Source of the DNA: Bdellovibrionota bacterium FG-2
GTDB lineage: Bacteria; Bdellovibrionota; UBA1018
NCBI GenBank assembly: GCA_051382305.1
Contig: JBBCAV010000250.1
Location: forward strand, 1 to 22,710
Reading direction: 5' to 3'
Length of the DNA stretch: 22,710 nt
Position 1 is the stretch's first letter; each line of letters opens with the position of its first letter. Of this stretch, positions 1 to 9,232 are shown piece by piece. Made by a program: the position numbers and the translations under genes. The notes under the pieces were generated by a model. It searched no databases, was not told the DNA's origin, and was given only the letters and a program-made list of their open reading frames with translations.

Positions 1-2
1 TC

Positions 3-293
3 AAAAAATGGATCGACAACAGACGACGACTGGACGAGTTGATCACAAAAATCCTCGAACTGAGTCAGGCGCTTGCAGTGGTCGAAGTGGAGAAGGATCG
101 AAAACCGCGGGACAAAAAATGTAACCCTACGAAATTTGGCGGGATTAATACCGATCACCTATGTGCAAGCGCAATAGAGTCTTCGAGCATAATCGTGAGT
201 GCATCTTGGTTGGACATCGTCGCAAGCACTCCGGCTTCGGCAATGCCTTTGCCGTCGGGGGTCTGCACCCCAAAACTCATCTGCAGACCTTGA
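3..293 (+). CDS. 3' end of a small IS-associated protein (DUF6788-like), truncated by the window edge; the tail past ~nt 130 is probably run-on
   Basis: The frame is open from nt 3: KKWIDNRRRLDELITKILELSQALAV resembles the W-I-x-N-x-R-R-L...I-x-E-L-S C-terminal helix I recall for DUF6788 proteins found next to transposases. Beyond ~nt 155 it is antisense to another gene. The family call is from memory. Confidence 0.45.
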   Translation, partial: KKWIDNRRRLDELITKILELSQALAVVEVEKDRKPRDKKCNPTKFGGINTDHLCASAIESSSIIVSASWLDIVASTPASAMPLPSGVCTPKLICRP

Positions 294-625
294 TTAAGGG
301 CAATACGCATCAGAAGTTCTGACATGGGCTTTTGGGTCACTGAAGTAAGGATCACGTTCTAGATAGCCTTAAGATAAATCGCATTTGCCGCTTCGTTGCT
401 TTTGCCACTGGCATCTTTGATCGCTTTTTCTAAACGCGATTTTGAATTCTCAGCATACGCAAGCAAAGAGTCGCGCTCGTCTTGCGAGAGCACGATCTTG
501 GTCGTGCCGTCAGCGAAGGGGTTCGCGGCTCGCGAAAGCTGCGAGGCCCCTGCTAACCCGGCTAAAATGATAAGGCCAGCGCAGGTCCAAGAAGTTAGAG
601 TCGTGATCGATTTTTTATTCCACAT
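155..625 (-). pseudogene. Secreted hypothetical protein interrupted by one in-frame TAG (359-361) and probably 3'-truncated
   Basis: ORFs 359..625 and 155..355 share a frame: ...YLKAI-TAG-AAC-GTG-ILTSV... There is a Sec-type signal peptide (MWNKK + hydrophobic core + SRA/A) and a GGGAG SD upstream of the ATG. Confidence 0.65.
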
Positions 626-760
626 AAGTCTTTGCTCCCAGAGTTGTCATATAAACGCAAGAGAGGCCCGGGGGCCGGACCTAATTTCGCGTTGCGTTAG
701 GAATTATGCATTAGGGCGTGGCTTGGTGCAACAAATTTCTGGGGATTTTAGATAAAAAGA

Positions 761-776
761 CGAAACATTTGTTTCG
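761..776. promoter_or_regulatory. Perfect inverted repeat CGAAACA-TT-TGTTTCG, candidate operator in a divergent intergenic region
   Basis: 7-bp perfect arms with a 2-nt spacer next to an AT-rich tract (790-820), between divergent genes. Confidence 0.4.
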
Positions 777-998
777 CGGCAAAAACAGAATATCTATGCG
801 GATATATTTATAATTTTACCACACAGGCCCACAACTGAACCCCTTAATCACTCCTACTTTATGTGTTACAAAGTTCCGACGGAGCGCCAGCCAAAGCCCC
901 GGAGAAGCACAGCCACACCCGAAACTAAACGCCCTTGCGCGTTCAAGTTACACCGGAGCAAGGCACTCGAATGAGCTGCTGTCTATACTATCAAACAA

Positions 999-1027
999 TT
1001 GATCGAAACGACATCATGGTATAAGCT
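999..1027 (+). promoter_or_regulatory. Putative sigma70 promoter of the AAA ATPase gene
   Basis: TTGATC (999-1004) - 17 nt - TAAGCT (1022-1027); ATG at 1038 is 10 nt downstream with no SD. Confidence 0.5.
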
Positions 1028-1037
1028 CATCTCAACA

Positions 1038-2267
1038 ATGCCCCATCTACGAAAGCGCTATCTTACTAGCATCATTCAGCACACCCTCAAGGCAAGTGCA
1101 ATTCTAGGAATCATTGGACAACGGCAAACAGGTAAATCGACGTTGGTCGAGAATTTAGTAAATGAATATGTCACTCTCGACGATGAGAAGCAGCTAGAAC
1201 TGGCCCTAAGGTCTCCTCAGTCATTCTTGGAAGGCCGGAAGGCTCCGTTTGGAATTGATGAATGCCAAATGAGTCCTCCACTCTTTTCAGCCCTCAAGGA
1301 GCACGTTAGAAGGATAAAGGTGCAAGGTCAGTTTATTTTGACCGGGAGTGTTCGCTTTACGAGTGTAGAGGAGATTCGGGAAAGCCTCACGGGGAGGATG
1401 ATCGATTTAGAACTCCTCCCTTTTTGTTTAACCGAGGCACATAATCTGCCTCTGACCGACTTGCGTCGTTTAGCGACATCAACAAATCCAGTGCCGCACC
1501 TGGAAACTCTAGCGTTAGATAAAGAACGAATTCCTCTGATGACTCCTCATGCGCTGGAGGAGTTTTTAATTAAGGGGGGTCTACCTGGCATTTGCTTTAT
1601 ACGCTCCGGGTCGCTTCGAACGAGAAAAATGCGCTCTCACCTCAAGACGCTGCTCGATCGCGACCTCAGAAAAGTCATTCGGACGGATCTTGATTATTTG
1701 ACAATTAAGACGTTTGTCGAAGAACTCGTGCTTCAACAGGGCCTCGCTTTTGATCTCACTCAAGCGGCAAAGGGCGCCAGAATTGCCATTAATTCTGCCC
1801 GAAAACTTTTAAACGGACTGGAGTCGATCTTTATGGTTCGCACGCTTCGAAAAGAAGGCGATACGTCTGGTCGAGTCGTCTTCTTTGAGGATCAAGGAAT
1901 GGCCTCGTTTCTTTTGGCTGAAAGAGGTCGACTTTTTAAGTCGGGGCAGCCGCAAGTTGCGGATTACGTTCGCCTGCTTTTCCAGCAACTCAATGCCCAG
2001 GCGATGTATCGCAGCGATCTGCACACAAGCCTATTCTCCTACATGAGTCGAGGGGGTGCGATCATCGATCTTGCGGTTCGACTCGAGGAACATGTTTGCG
2101 GGTTCTCGGTGGGAGTAGGTCAACAAGCTTCACTCTCGCAAATGAAAAGCGCAGAGAGCTTCAGACGAAAATTTCCGCAAGCGAGAGTGTTTCTCTTGCA
2201 TCAAGGATCTGAATTTAGAACCTTGAAACATCAAACGTTTGAAGTGCCATTTAAAACAGTTTTGTAA
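1038..2267 (+). CDS. ATP-binding protein, AAA_14 + DUF4143 family
   Basis: Walker A GQRQTGKST, Walker B FGIDECQ, family motifs FILTGS, ESLTGR, GGLP, ~410 aa. ATG 1038 preferred over TTG 999. Confidence 0.88.
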   Translation: MPHLRKRYLTSIIQHTLKASAILGIIGQRQTGKSTLVENLVNEYVTLDDEKQLELALRSPQSFLEGRKAPFGIDECQMSPPLFSALKEHVRRIKVQGQFILTGSVRFTSVEEIRESLTGRMIDLELLPFCLTEAHNLPLTDLRRLATSTNPVPHLETLALDKERIPLMTPHALEEFLIKGGLPGICFIRSGSLRTRKMRSHLKTLLDRDLRKVIRTDLDYLTIKTFVEELVLQQGLAFDLTQAAKGARIAINSARKLLNGLESIFMVRTLRKEGDTSGRVVFFEDQGMASFLLAERGRLFKSGQPQVADYVRLLFQQLNAQAMYRSDLHTSLFSYMSRGGAIIDLAVRLEEHVCGFSVGVGQQASLSQMKSAESFRRKFPQARVFLLHQGSEFRTLKHQTFEVPFKTVL

Positions 2268-2302
2268 GGCCAAAAACTACAGCCTTATGTCTGAGTCGAT
2301 GC

Positions 2303-2608
2303 GTGCCGGTAGATTCTGCCCGTTTCAGGCCGATTCCGAAAAAGGCACACAAGCATCACTGGATCCACAGCCCCGTTCGCCTCGCCTTTGACACGGATCG
2401 AGTGAGAACGATCGAGGATTTCAAGCGTCTACCTGAGACCAAGCGGGGCCACTCTATTGAATCCCTTGTCGCACAAGAAATCTGGCGCCGCGCGGCCCTC
2501 ACGGGCGACGAAGCCCCTAAGGACATCTACCATTTTCAAAGTGGCGAGCATGAAGCTGATTTCATCACCCCTGGGCCTTTTTTTGCAACGAAATTTCTAA
2601 AAGTCTGA
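2303..2608 (+). pseudogene. C-terminal fragment of a second AAA_14/DUF4143 protein
   Basis: GHSIESLVAQEIWRR...IYHFQSGEHEADFI matches the DUF4143 G-x-x-x-E-x-x-V-x-x-E-L ... Y-[FY]-x-x-x-x-x-E-[VA]-D-F pattern. No ATPase domain, weak start, and it runs into the yihY 3' end. Confidence 0.65.
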
Positions 2609-3460
2609 CTTGATACCGATGTACTCGTGCGTGAACTTAGCGCCCAGAAAAAAGATTTGCGCCAGATAATACACCCAAACAAGAACGACAACGAGCGAAC
2701 CCGCGATCCCGTAGATGGAGGTGAAACTACTCCGTCCAAGATAGAGCCCAATCAAGGACTGTCCGACGGTAAACAGAAAACCCGTCAACAATGCCCCCAC
2801 CCAAACCTCACGCCATCGAATTCGAACGCCTGGCAAGATCTTGAAAATCATCCCAAAAAGCGCACTCGCGGTGACCATTGAAACCAGAATATTTCCTAGG
2901 CTGAAGACCCAAGGGGGAATCAACAAAGTCGACCTAAAATAATTTGTAAGTCCCGTGATCACGGAAGTAACCAGGAGAGACGCAAAGAGCAGAGCCCCCG
3001 CGCCCACCACCATCGTGAGCCCAATGACGCGGCCTCGGAGAAGGGCAACCATCCCACCGCCCTCCGGGGCGCGCACCCTCCAGATCGCGTTCAAAGAATC
3101 TTGCATTTCTACAAATACGCTCGACGCACCAAACAAAAGAGCAATGACACCAAAGACCGTAGCCAGCGTGCGAGGCCCCTGCTTTTGCGCACTTGCGAGC
3201 AACGCCAAAATCACGCCTGCGGCATCCGACCCCAGATACAGGTGAATGACTTTGGATGCTTCGAGCTCTGCCGTCTGCGTACCCATCAGCCAGCCGATCA
3301 TCGCGATTGCAAGAATGAGCGAGGGAGCTAGAGACAACGTGACATAAAAGGCGAGTGCGGCCGAATGACTAGCAATGCGATCAGCCGTGTAGCCCTGGAT
3401 TGCTCGAAGAAAGGCCCGCCAAAAGTTCTGAAGAAAAGAACGAGCAACGAGTTTTTCCAT
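2597..3460 (-). CDS. YihY/virulence factor BrkB family membrane protein
   Basis: SAALAFY...SLAP, ASSVFVEMQDSLNAIW, SIYGIAGSLVVVLVWVYY motifs; about 6 hydrophobic segments; 287 aa. Confidence 0.92.
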   Translation of the reverse strand: MEKLVARSFLQNFWRAFLRAIQGYTADRIASHSAALAFYVTLSLAPSLILAIAMIGWLMGTQTAELEASKVIHLYLGSDAAGVILALLASAQKQGPRTLATVFGVIALLFGASSVFVEMQDSLNAIWRVRAPEGGGMVALLRGRVIGLTMVVGAGALLFASLLVTSVITGLTNYFRSTLLIPPWVFSLGNILVSMVTASALFGMIFKILPGVRIRWREVWVGALLTGFLFTVGQSLIGLYLGRSSFTSIYGIAGSLVVVLVWVYYLAQIFFLGAKFTHEYIGIKSDF

Positions 3461-3464
3461 TGAC

Positions 3465-5585
3465 TCACTCCATCAGACGTTGAACCACCCCGGCCTTGAT
3501 CTTAATCTCCTCAGAGATATGAGGAGGCACAGGCTGGTAACTCGCAAACTCCATCGTAAAGGTCGCACGCCCCTGCGACGAAGATCGCAGCGCCGTTGAA
3601 TAACCAAACATCGTAGACATCGGCACTTCAGCCTTAATAACTTGAAGCCCGTGTCGCATGCTCATGCTCAAAATCTTGCCGCGACGCGAATTTAAATCAC
3701 CGATCACACTCCCCATATACTCATCGGGACAAGTAATTTCGGCAGACATCATGGGCTCCAAAAACATCGGTTCGCCCTTTAAAGCCGCCTCACGAAACGC
3801 AATGGACGCCGCGATTTTAAAGGCGACCTCAGTCGAATCGGTATCATGAAAAGAGCCATCAAGAAGTACCGCCCGAATATCCACCGCAGGATACCCAGCT
3901 AGAATTCCGCCCATCATGGACTCTCTCAAACCCTTTTCAACAGCCGGGACAAACTCTTTAGGAATCGCGCCTGCGCGAAGCTGATTCACAAACTCAAAAC
4001 CCTTGCCAGTTTCACGTGGCTCTAGCCTCACCACGCAATGCCCGTACTGACCTCGCCCACCAGACTGACGAACGAACTTGCCTTCCGCCTGCGATTTTTT
4101 GGCGATCGTTTCTTTGTAGGCCACTTGCGGCTGCCCCACATTCGCATCCACCTTGAACTCACGCTTCATCCGATCCACAATAATCTCAAGATGAAGCTCG
4201 CCCATCCCAGAGAGCAGGGTTTGCCCTGTGTCTTCGAATGTAGTCACGCGAAACGATGGGTCCTCCATCGAGAGCCTCTGAAGCGCATTCGCAAGTTTTG
4301 CTTCATCGGCTTTCGTCTTAGGCTCAATCGCAATGGAGATCACAGGATCAGGAAAATCAATTTTCTCGAGTAAAATCTGTTTCCCTTCATTACACAACGT
4401 GTCTCCGGTGGTGGTAAAACGAAGGCCAACGGTAGCCGCGATGTCGCCTGCCTGCACACGGGTCACATCCTCACGCTTATTAGCATGCATCTGAAGCAAT
4501 CGCCCCAATCGCTCGCGCTTGCCCTTGCCTACATTATAGACGGTAGCCCCCACTTCAACCTGCCCCGAGTACACCCGAAAATAGATCAACTGCCCCACAT
4601 AGGGATCGTTCATCACCTTAAAAGCCAGCGCCGAAAACGGCTCGCCGACATCGGCATGTCGATGCAGAATTTTTGTGTCGTCATCCAAGTGCTGCGGATC
4701 ACGCCCATCAATGGGTGGCACATCCATTGGCGACGGCAAAAAATCAACAATTGCGTCAAGCAGAGGCTGCACGCCCTTGTTCTTGAAGCTTGCCCCACAT
4801 AATACGGGCACAAGCTTTAGCGCGAGACAACCTTTGCGAAGTGCCGCGCGAATTTCATCAGACGAAATCGTCTCCCCTGAAAGATAGCGGTCCGTCAAGC
4901 CTTCATCCGCCTCTGCAACAGCTTCAAGAAGTTTGTCTCGATATTCCTGAGCCGTCTCAAGTAGCTCCTCTGGAATCTCTTGTTCCTCAAAACTTGCGCC
5001 CAAACTCTCCGAGTTCCAAACCAAGAGTTTCATTTTTGCAAGATCCACAACGCCCCGAAAGGTATCCTCGGCGCCCCAAGGAATCTGCGTAGCAATAGGA
5101 TTTGCGCCGAGACGCTCCCTGATTTGGCCCAAAACGTCAAAAAAATCGGCGCCTGTGCGATCCATCTTATTCACAAACGCAATTCGGGGTACGTGATATT
5201 TATTTGCCTGCCGCCAAACCGTCTCGGACTGAGGCTCCACGCCGCCCACGGCACAAAAAACTCCGACCGCACCATCCAGCGCTCTGAGCGATCGTTCGAC
5301 TTCAATGGTGAAGTCCACGTGCCCCGGGGTATCGATAATATTGATCCGATGCTCGCGCCAAAAACAGGTTGTCGCGGCAGAAGTAATCGTGATGCCACGC
5401 TCCTGCTCCTGCGGCATCCAATCCATAACGGTCGTACCCTCGTCGACCTCACCGATTTTATGAGTTTTGCCGGTATAATAGAGGATTCGCTCGGTCGTCG
5501 TGGTTTTGCCCGCGTCAATATGGGCCATGATCCCGATGTTTCGGATCAACGCCAGCCCAGTAGAAATAGACTTTGAGTCACTCAT
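3465..5585 (-). CDS. fusA: Elongation factor G
   Basis: [44 protein letters not shown], domain [10 protein letters not shown]; follows rpsG; AAGGAG SD. Confidence 0.98.
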   Translation of the reverse strand: MSDSKSISTGLALIRNIGIMAHIDAGKTTTTERILYYTGKTHKIGEVDEGTTVMDWMPQEQERGITITSAATTCFWREHRINIIDTPGHVDFTIEVERSLRALDGAVGVFCAVGGVEPQSETVWRQANKYHVPRIAFVNKMDRTGADFFDVLGQIRERLGANPIATQIPWGAEDTFRGVVDLAKMKLLVWNSESLGASFEEQEIPEELLETAQEYRDKLLEAVAEADEGLTDRYLSGETISSDEIRAALRKGCLALKLVPVLCGASFKNKGVQPLLDAIVDFLPSPMDVPPIDGRDPQHLDDDTKILHRHADVGEPFSALAFKVMNDPYVGQLIYFRVYSGQVEVGATVYNVGKGKRERLGRLLQMHANKREDVTRVQAGDIAATVGLRFTTTGDTLCNEGKQILLEKIDFPDPVISIAIEPKTKADEAKLANALQRLSMEDPSFRVTTFEDTGQTLLSGMGELHLEIIVDRMKREFKVDANVGQPQVAYKETIAKKSQAEGKFVRQSGGRGQYGHCVVRLEPRETGKGFEFVNQLRAGAIPKEFVPAVEKGLRESMMGGILAGYPAVDIRAVLLDGSFHDTDSTEVAFKIAASIAFREAALKGEPMFLEPMMSAEITCPDEYMGSVIGDLNSRRGKILSMSMRHGLQVIKAEVPMSTMFGYSTALRSSSQGRATFTMEFASYQPVPPHISEEIKIKAGVVQRLME

Positions 5586-5634
5586 GGTCGTATTTTCGCT
5601 CCTTTATGTGCGCAAGAGCGCGAGAGCGCGAATA

Positions 5635-6105
5635 CTACCAGCGATAATGAGCGAAAGCCTTATTGGCTTCAGCCATCTTATGGACGTCTTCGCGCTTCTT
5701 CATTGCGCCGCCACGACCATTGGATGCTTCGATGATCTCGGCAGCCAAACGCTCCTGCATCGAATGCTCCGGACGCTTACGAGCAGCTTCGATCATCCAA
5801 CGGGATGCGAGCGACTGACGACGAGCGGGCTTCACTTCAACAGGCACCTGATAGGTGGCGCCGCCGACGCGACGGGATTTAACTTCCAAAAGAGGCTTCA
5901 AATTCTCGAGACCTTTTTTGAAAAGCTTGATGCCTTCTTCGCCCGTGCGGGTCTGAACGGTATCAATACTGCTGTAGAAAATTGTTTCAGCAGTGGAGCG
6001 CTTACCGCACTCCATGATGCTGTTAATGAACTTCGCAACCACGGCATCATTGAACTTAGGATCCGGGAGAATTTCGCGCTTACGTACAAACTTTTTACGA
6101 CCCAT
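5635..6105 (-). CDS. rpsG: 30S ribosomal protein S7
   Basis: [18 protein letters not shown] and [15 protein letters not shown]; 156 aa; AGAGG SD. Confidence 0.99.
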   Translation of the reverse strand: MGRKKFVRKREILPDPKFNDAVVAKFINSIMECGKRSTAETIFYSSIDTVQTRTGEEGIKLFKKGLENLKPLLEVKSRRVGGATYQVPVEVKPARRQSLASRWMIEAARKRPEHSMQERLAAEIIEASNGRGGAMKKREDVHKMAEANKAFAHYRW

Positions 6106-6132
6106 TTTCTATACCTCTTATTACTTTATATT

Positions 6133-6537
6133 TTATTTGGCGGCAGGAGCGGCGCCAGCAGCAGCACCCGTTCCACGTTTAGTGCCGTATTTCGAGCGGC
6201 TTTGTTTGCGATTTGCTACGCCTTGCGTATCCAAGGTTCCACGAACGGTGTGATAGCGAACGCCGGGAAGATCCTTCACGCGACCTCCACGAATCAGCAC
6301 AATGGAGTGTTCTTGAAGATTGTGGCCGACACCTGGAATATAGGACGTTACTTCATATCCATTCGTTAAACGCACACGGCATACTTTGCGAAGTGCGGAA
6401 TTGGGCTTCTTAGGCGTCGTCGTATAAACTCGGGTGCAAACTCCTCGTCTCTGAGGGCAACTCTGAAGCGCCGGAGACTTGGTCTTCCAAGCTTTGCTCG
6501 CGCGACCCTTGCGAACCAATTGATTAATAGTGGGCAT
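6133..6537 (-). CDS. rpsL: 30S ribosomal protein S12
   Basis: [30 protein letters not shown] motifs. Confidence 0.99.
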   Translation of the reverse strand: MPTINQLVRKGRASKAWKTKSPALQSCPQRRGVCTRVYTTTPKKPNSALRKVCRVRLTNGYEVTSYIPGVGHNLQEHSIVLIRGGRVKDLPGVRYHTVRGTLDTQGVANRKQSRSKYGTKRGTGAAAGAAPAAK

Positions 6538-6599
6538 GAACTACGTTCCTTTCGTTTCTCTTTAATCGTAAAAATTGACAAATCTGTCCGAGGCAGCAA

Positions 6600-6628
6600 A
6601 AAATAGACGAGCTGATCCCTTGGGTCAA
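6600..6628 (-). promoter_or_regulatory. Putative sigma70 promoter of the rpsL operon
   Basis: Minus strand TTGACC (6628-6623) - 17 nt - TATTTT (6605-6600), about 60 nt upstream of the rpsL ATG. Confidence 0.6.
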
Positions 6629-6653
6629 GTCGAAAATAAGAAAAATCAGTGCT

Positions 6654-9197
6654 TTAGTGCTTTACTGCGCCAGGCTTCGTGGGTTTAGGCTCTTCACGAA
6701 GTCTATCGGCCGGAGTCAGAACTTGGCCAATCGCCACATCCGCGATCCCCTTGCGGACCAAAAACTCCTCGGGCTTCTCAAGATCCAGCGCGAGGCGGAG
6801 CACATCATCGGCGTTATCAACGGGGATGATTTTCATTCCCTGCGTGATTTCCTTGGGGATTTTCTTGATATCCGGGACATTCTCCTTAGGAATCAATACT
6901 GTCTTAATTCCACCAATTCGCGCCGCCAAAAGTTTCTCCTTAAGGCCGCCAATGGCCAAAACACGACCGCGAAGCGTGATTTCGCCCGTCATCGCGACAT
7001 CGCGTTTCACGGGGATTTTTGTCAACGCACTCGTAATCGCCGTAGCCATCGTGATCCCGGCCGAAGGTCCATCTTTTGGTACAGCCCCTTCAGGGACGTG
7101 CAGGTGGATGTCAATATTTTGATAAAACTCCTTATCGAGGTTCATCAAATGAGCCCGAGAGCGCACATAAGTCATCGCCGCGCTAGCAGACTCTTGCATG
7201 ACTTCGCCAAGCTTACCGGTGATTTTCACGCCACCTTTTCCGGGAAGAACGCTCACTTCAATCTGCAACATCTCGCCGCCGACTTCGGTGTAGGCAAGCC
7301 CGTTAGCTAGGCCCACTTCACTTTTCTCTTCGGCTTTGCTGATCGAGTATTTGGGAGGCCCCAAGTACTCTTCGAGATCACTCTCAAGGACCTTAAACGG
7401 CCCCTCAGCAACAGCCAAAACAGCGGCTTTCGGCTGTTTACCCTTGGTCTTTTGGGTGCCCTCGGTCTTAGCCTCTTCTTGGACGGCCGCACGACGCTCA
7501 ACGATCTTGCGAGCCACTTTCCGACAAAGCGTAGCCACAACGCGCTCAAGGTTTCTAACCCCTGCTTCGCGAGTATAGTTACGAATAATAGCGTAGAGCA
7601 CCTCATCCGTAATCTCAATGTCCTCAACTTTCAAACCATGCGCGTCACGCTGCTTTGAAACCAAGTACTTCGTGGCAATATTGAATTTCTCAACTTCCGT
7701 GTAACCCGAGATCGTGATGACTTCCATACGATCCAGCAGCGGCCTTGGAATGGAGTGAAGGGAATTTGCTGTCAGTACGAACATCACCTTGGAAAGGTCA
7801 TAATCAATTTCAAGATAATGATCCCCGAAAGTCGCATTCTGCTCAGGATCCAAAACCTCCAAAAGCGCCGATGAAGGATCTCCTCTAAAATCAGTACTCA
7901 TCTTATCCACTTCATCAAATAAAAAGACGGGATTTGAAGAGCCTGATTTTTTGAGATTTTGAATAACTTTGCCAGGCAAAGCACCGACGTATGTTCTGCG
8001 GTGGCCGCGGATTTCAGCCTCATCCCTGACGCCGCCCAAAGAGCAGCGAACAAACTTCTTACCCAAAGAATGGGCAATAGATTTTGCGAGCGAGGTTTTC
8101 CCAACCCCTGGAGGTCCTGCGAAGCAAAGAATCTGACCTTTCGTATTGCCCGTCAGAGACCGTACCGCGAGGTACTCAATAATGCGCTCCTTAACTTCTT
8201 CGAGACCATAATGATCGTCATCTAAAACCTGCTGAGCCAGTTTCACATCATGGCGATCGGTTGTGTATTCCTCCCACGGCAACCCCACGATCCAATCAAT
8301 GTAGTTGCGCACAACCGTCGCTTCGGCGGACATGGGCGACATCATCTTAAGCTTCTTGAGCTCTTTACCCACTTTTTCTTTGGCCTCTTTGCTCATGGGC
8401 TTGGAGCGAATTTGTTTTTCAATCGCAGCGATCTCAGCTTTAAATTCGTCTTTTTCACCGAGTTCTTTTTGAATCGCCTGCATTTGCTCGTTAAGGTAGT
8501 ACTCCTTTTGGGAGCGCTCCATCTGCTTCTTCACGCGCGTGCGAATGCGACGTTCAACCTGCAGAATCTCAATCTCGCCCTGCATGAGTTCAAGCAGCTT
8601 TTCCAGTCTCTTGGCCGAATCAAAGAGCTCCAAAATCTCTTGCTTATCCTCGAGCTTCAGATTGAGGTGAGCCACAATCAGATCCGCCATCCGAGCAGGA
8701 TCTTCAAGAGTATTCACGCTCATAAGCATTTCAGGAGGAATCCGCTTGTTGAGCTTCACATAATTTTCAAACGTGGCTTTAAGCGACCGAACCATTGCTT
8801 CGATTTCGACAGAGGCCGGAAGCGTTTCCGACACTTCTTCAACATCGGCTTCAATCAAACGATCGGTCTCACGATAACGAACAATTCGACCCCGACGCTT
8901 CCCTTCAACAAGGACCTTAACGGTGTTATCGGGAAGTCTTAGAATCTGAAGAATCGTTCCCAGGGTTCCCACTTTGAAGATATCCGGCTCCCCGGGGCTC
9001 ACAGTCGTGGCCTGGCGTTGGGCGACCAGAAAAAGTTCTTTCTTATTCGTCACACACTCTTCAAGGGCATTAATTGATTTTTCCCGGCCTACAAAAAGCG
9101 GGACCACCATATTCGGGAAAATAATAACGTCCCTCAAAGGGAGTAAAGGTACAGTAATTTGGGTAGACTTCTTCGCGCGAGTAGATTCTTTGCTCAT
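6654..9197 (-). CDS. lon: ATP-dependent Lon protease (LonA)
   Basis: PLLPLRD N-domain, Walker [18 protein letters not shown], catalytic PKDGPSAG (Ser) and IGGLKEK (Lys). Confidence 0.99.
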   Translation of the reverse strand: MSKESTRAKKSTQITVPLLPLRDVIIFPNMVVPLFVGREKSINALEECVTNKKELFLVAQRQATTVSPGEPDIFKVGTLGTILQILRLPDNTVKVLVEGKRRGRIVRYRETDRLIEADVEEVSETLPASVEIEAMVRSLKATFENYVKLNKRIPPEMLMSVNTLEDPARMADLIVAHLNLKLEDKQEILELFDSAKRLEKLLELMQGEIEILQVERRIRTRVKKQMERSQKEYYLNEQMQAIQKELGEKDEFKAEIAAIEKQIRSKPMSKEAKEKVGKELKKLKMMSPMSAEATVVRNYIDWIVGLPWEEYTTDRHDVKLAQQVLDDDHYGLEEVKERIIEYLAVRSLTGNTKGQILCFAGPPGVGKTSLAKSIAHSLGKKFVRCSLGGVRDEAEIRGHRRTYVGALPGKVIQNLKKSGSSNPVFLFDEVDKMSTDFRGDPSSALLEVLDPEQNATFGDHYLEIDYDLSKVMFVLTANSLHSIPRPLLDRMEVITISGYTEVEKFNIATKYLVSKQRDAHGLKVEDIEITDEVLYAIIRNYTREAGVRNLERVVATLCRKVARKIVERRAAVQEEAKTEGTQKTKGKQPKAAVLAVAEGPFKVLESDLEEYLGPPKYSISKAEEKSEVGLANGLAYTEVGGEMLQIEVSVLPGKGGVKITGKLGEVMQESASAAMTYVRSRAHLMNLDKEFYQNIDIHLHVPEGAVPKDGPSAGITMATAITSALTKIPVKRDVAMTGEITLRGRVLAIGGLKEKLLAARIGGIKTVLIPKENVPDIKKIPKEITQGMKIIPVDNADDVLRLALDLEKPEEFLVRKGIADVAIGQVLTPADRLREEPKPTKPGAVKH

Positions 9198-9232
9198 GCT
9201 TTCCCCTTTCGAAGTTGTTAGGCCGAAGTGGT

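Noticed and set aside
861..974. 37-codon ORF MCYKVPTERQ...
   Set aside because: No SD, no motif, and a length expected by chance.
5606..5632. Short tandem GAGCGCGA repeat between rpsG and fusA
   Set aside because: Only two 8-nt units; too short to call a repeat element or regulatory RNA.
5500..6369. 289-aa plus-strand ORF, and similar long ORFs at 4980-5576, 6657-7310, 8250-8942, 9228-9830, 13300-13914 and 19026-19589
   Set aside because: Antisense shadows of conserved housekeeping genes with no recognisable motifs.
6133..6537. Possible streptomycin-resistant S12 allele
   Set aside because: The key lysines in PKKPNS and RVKDLPG are wild type.
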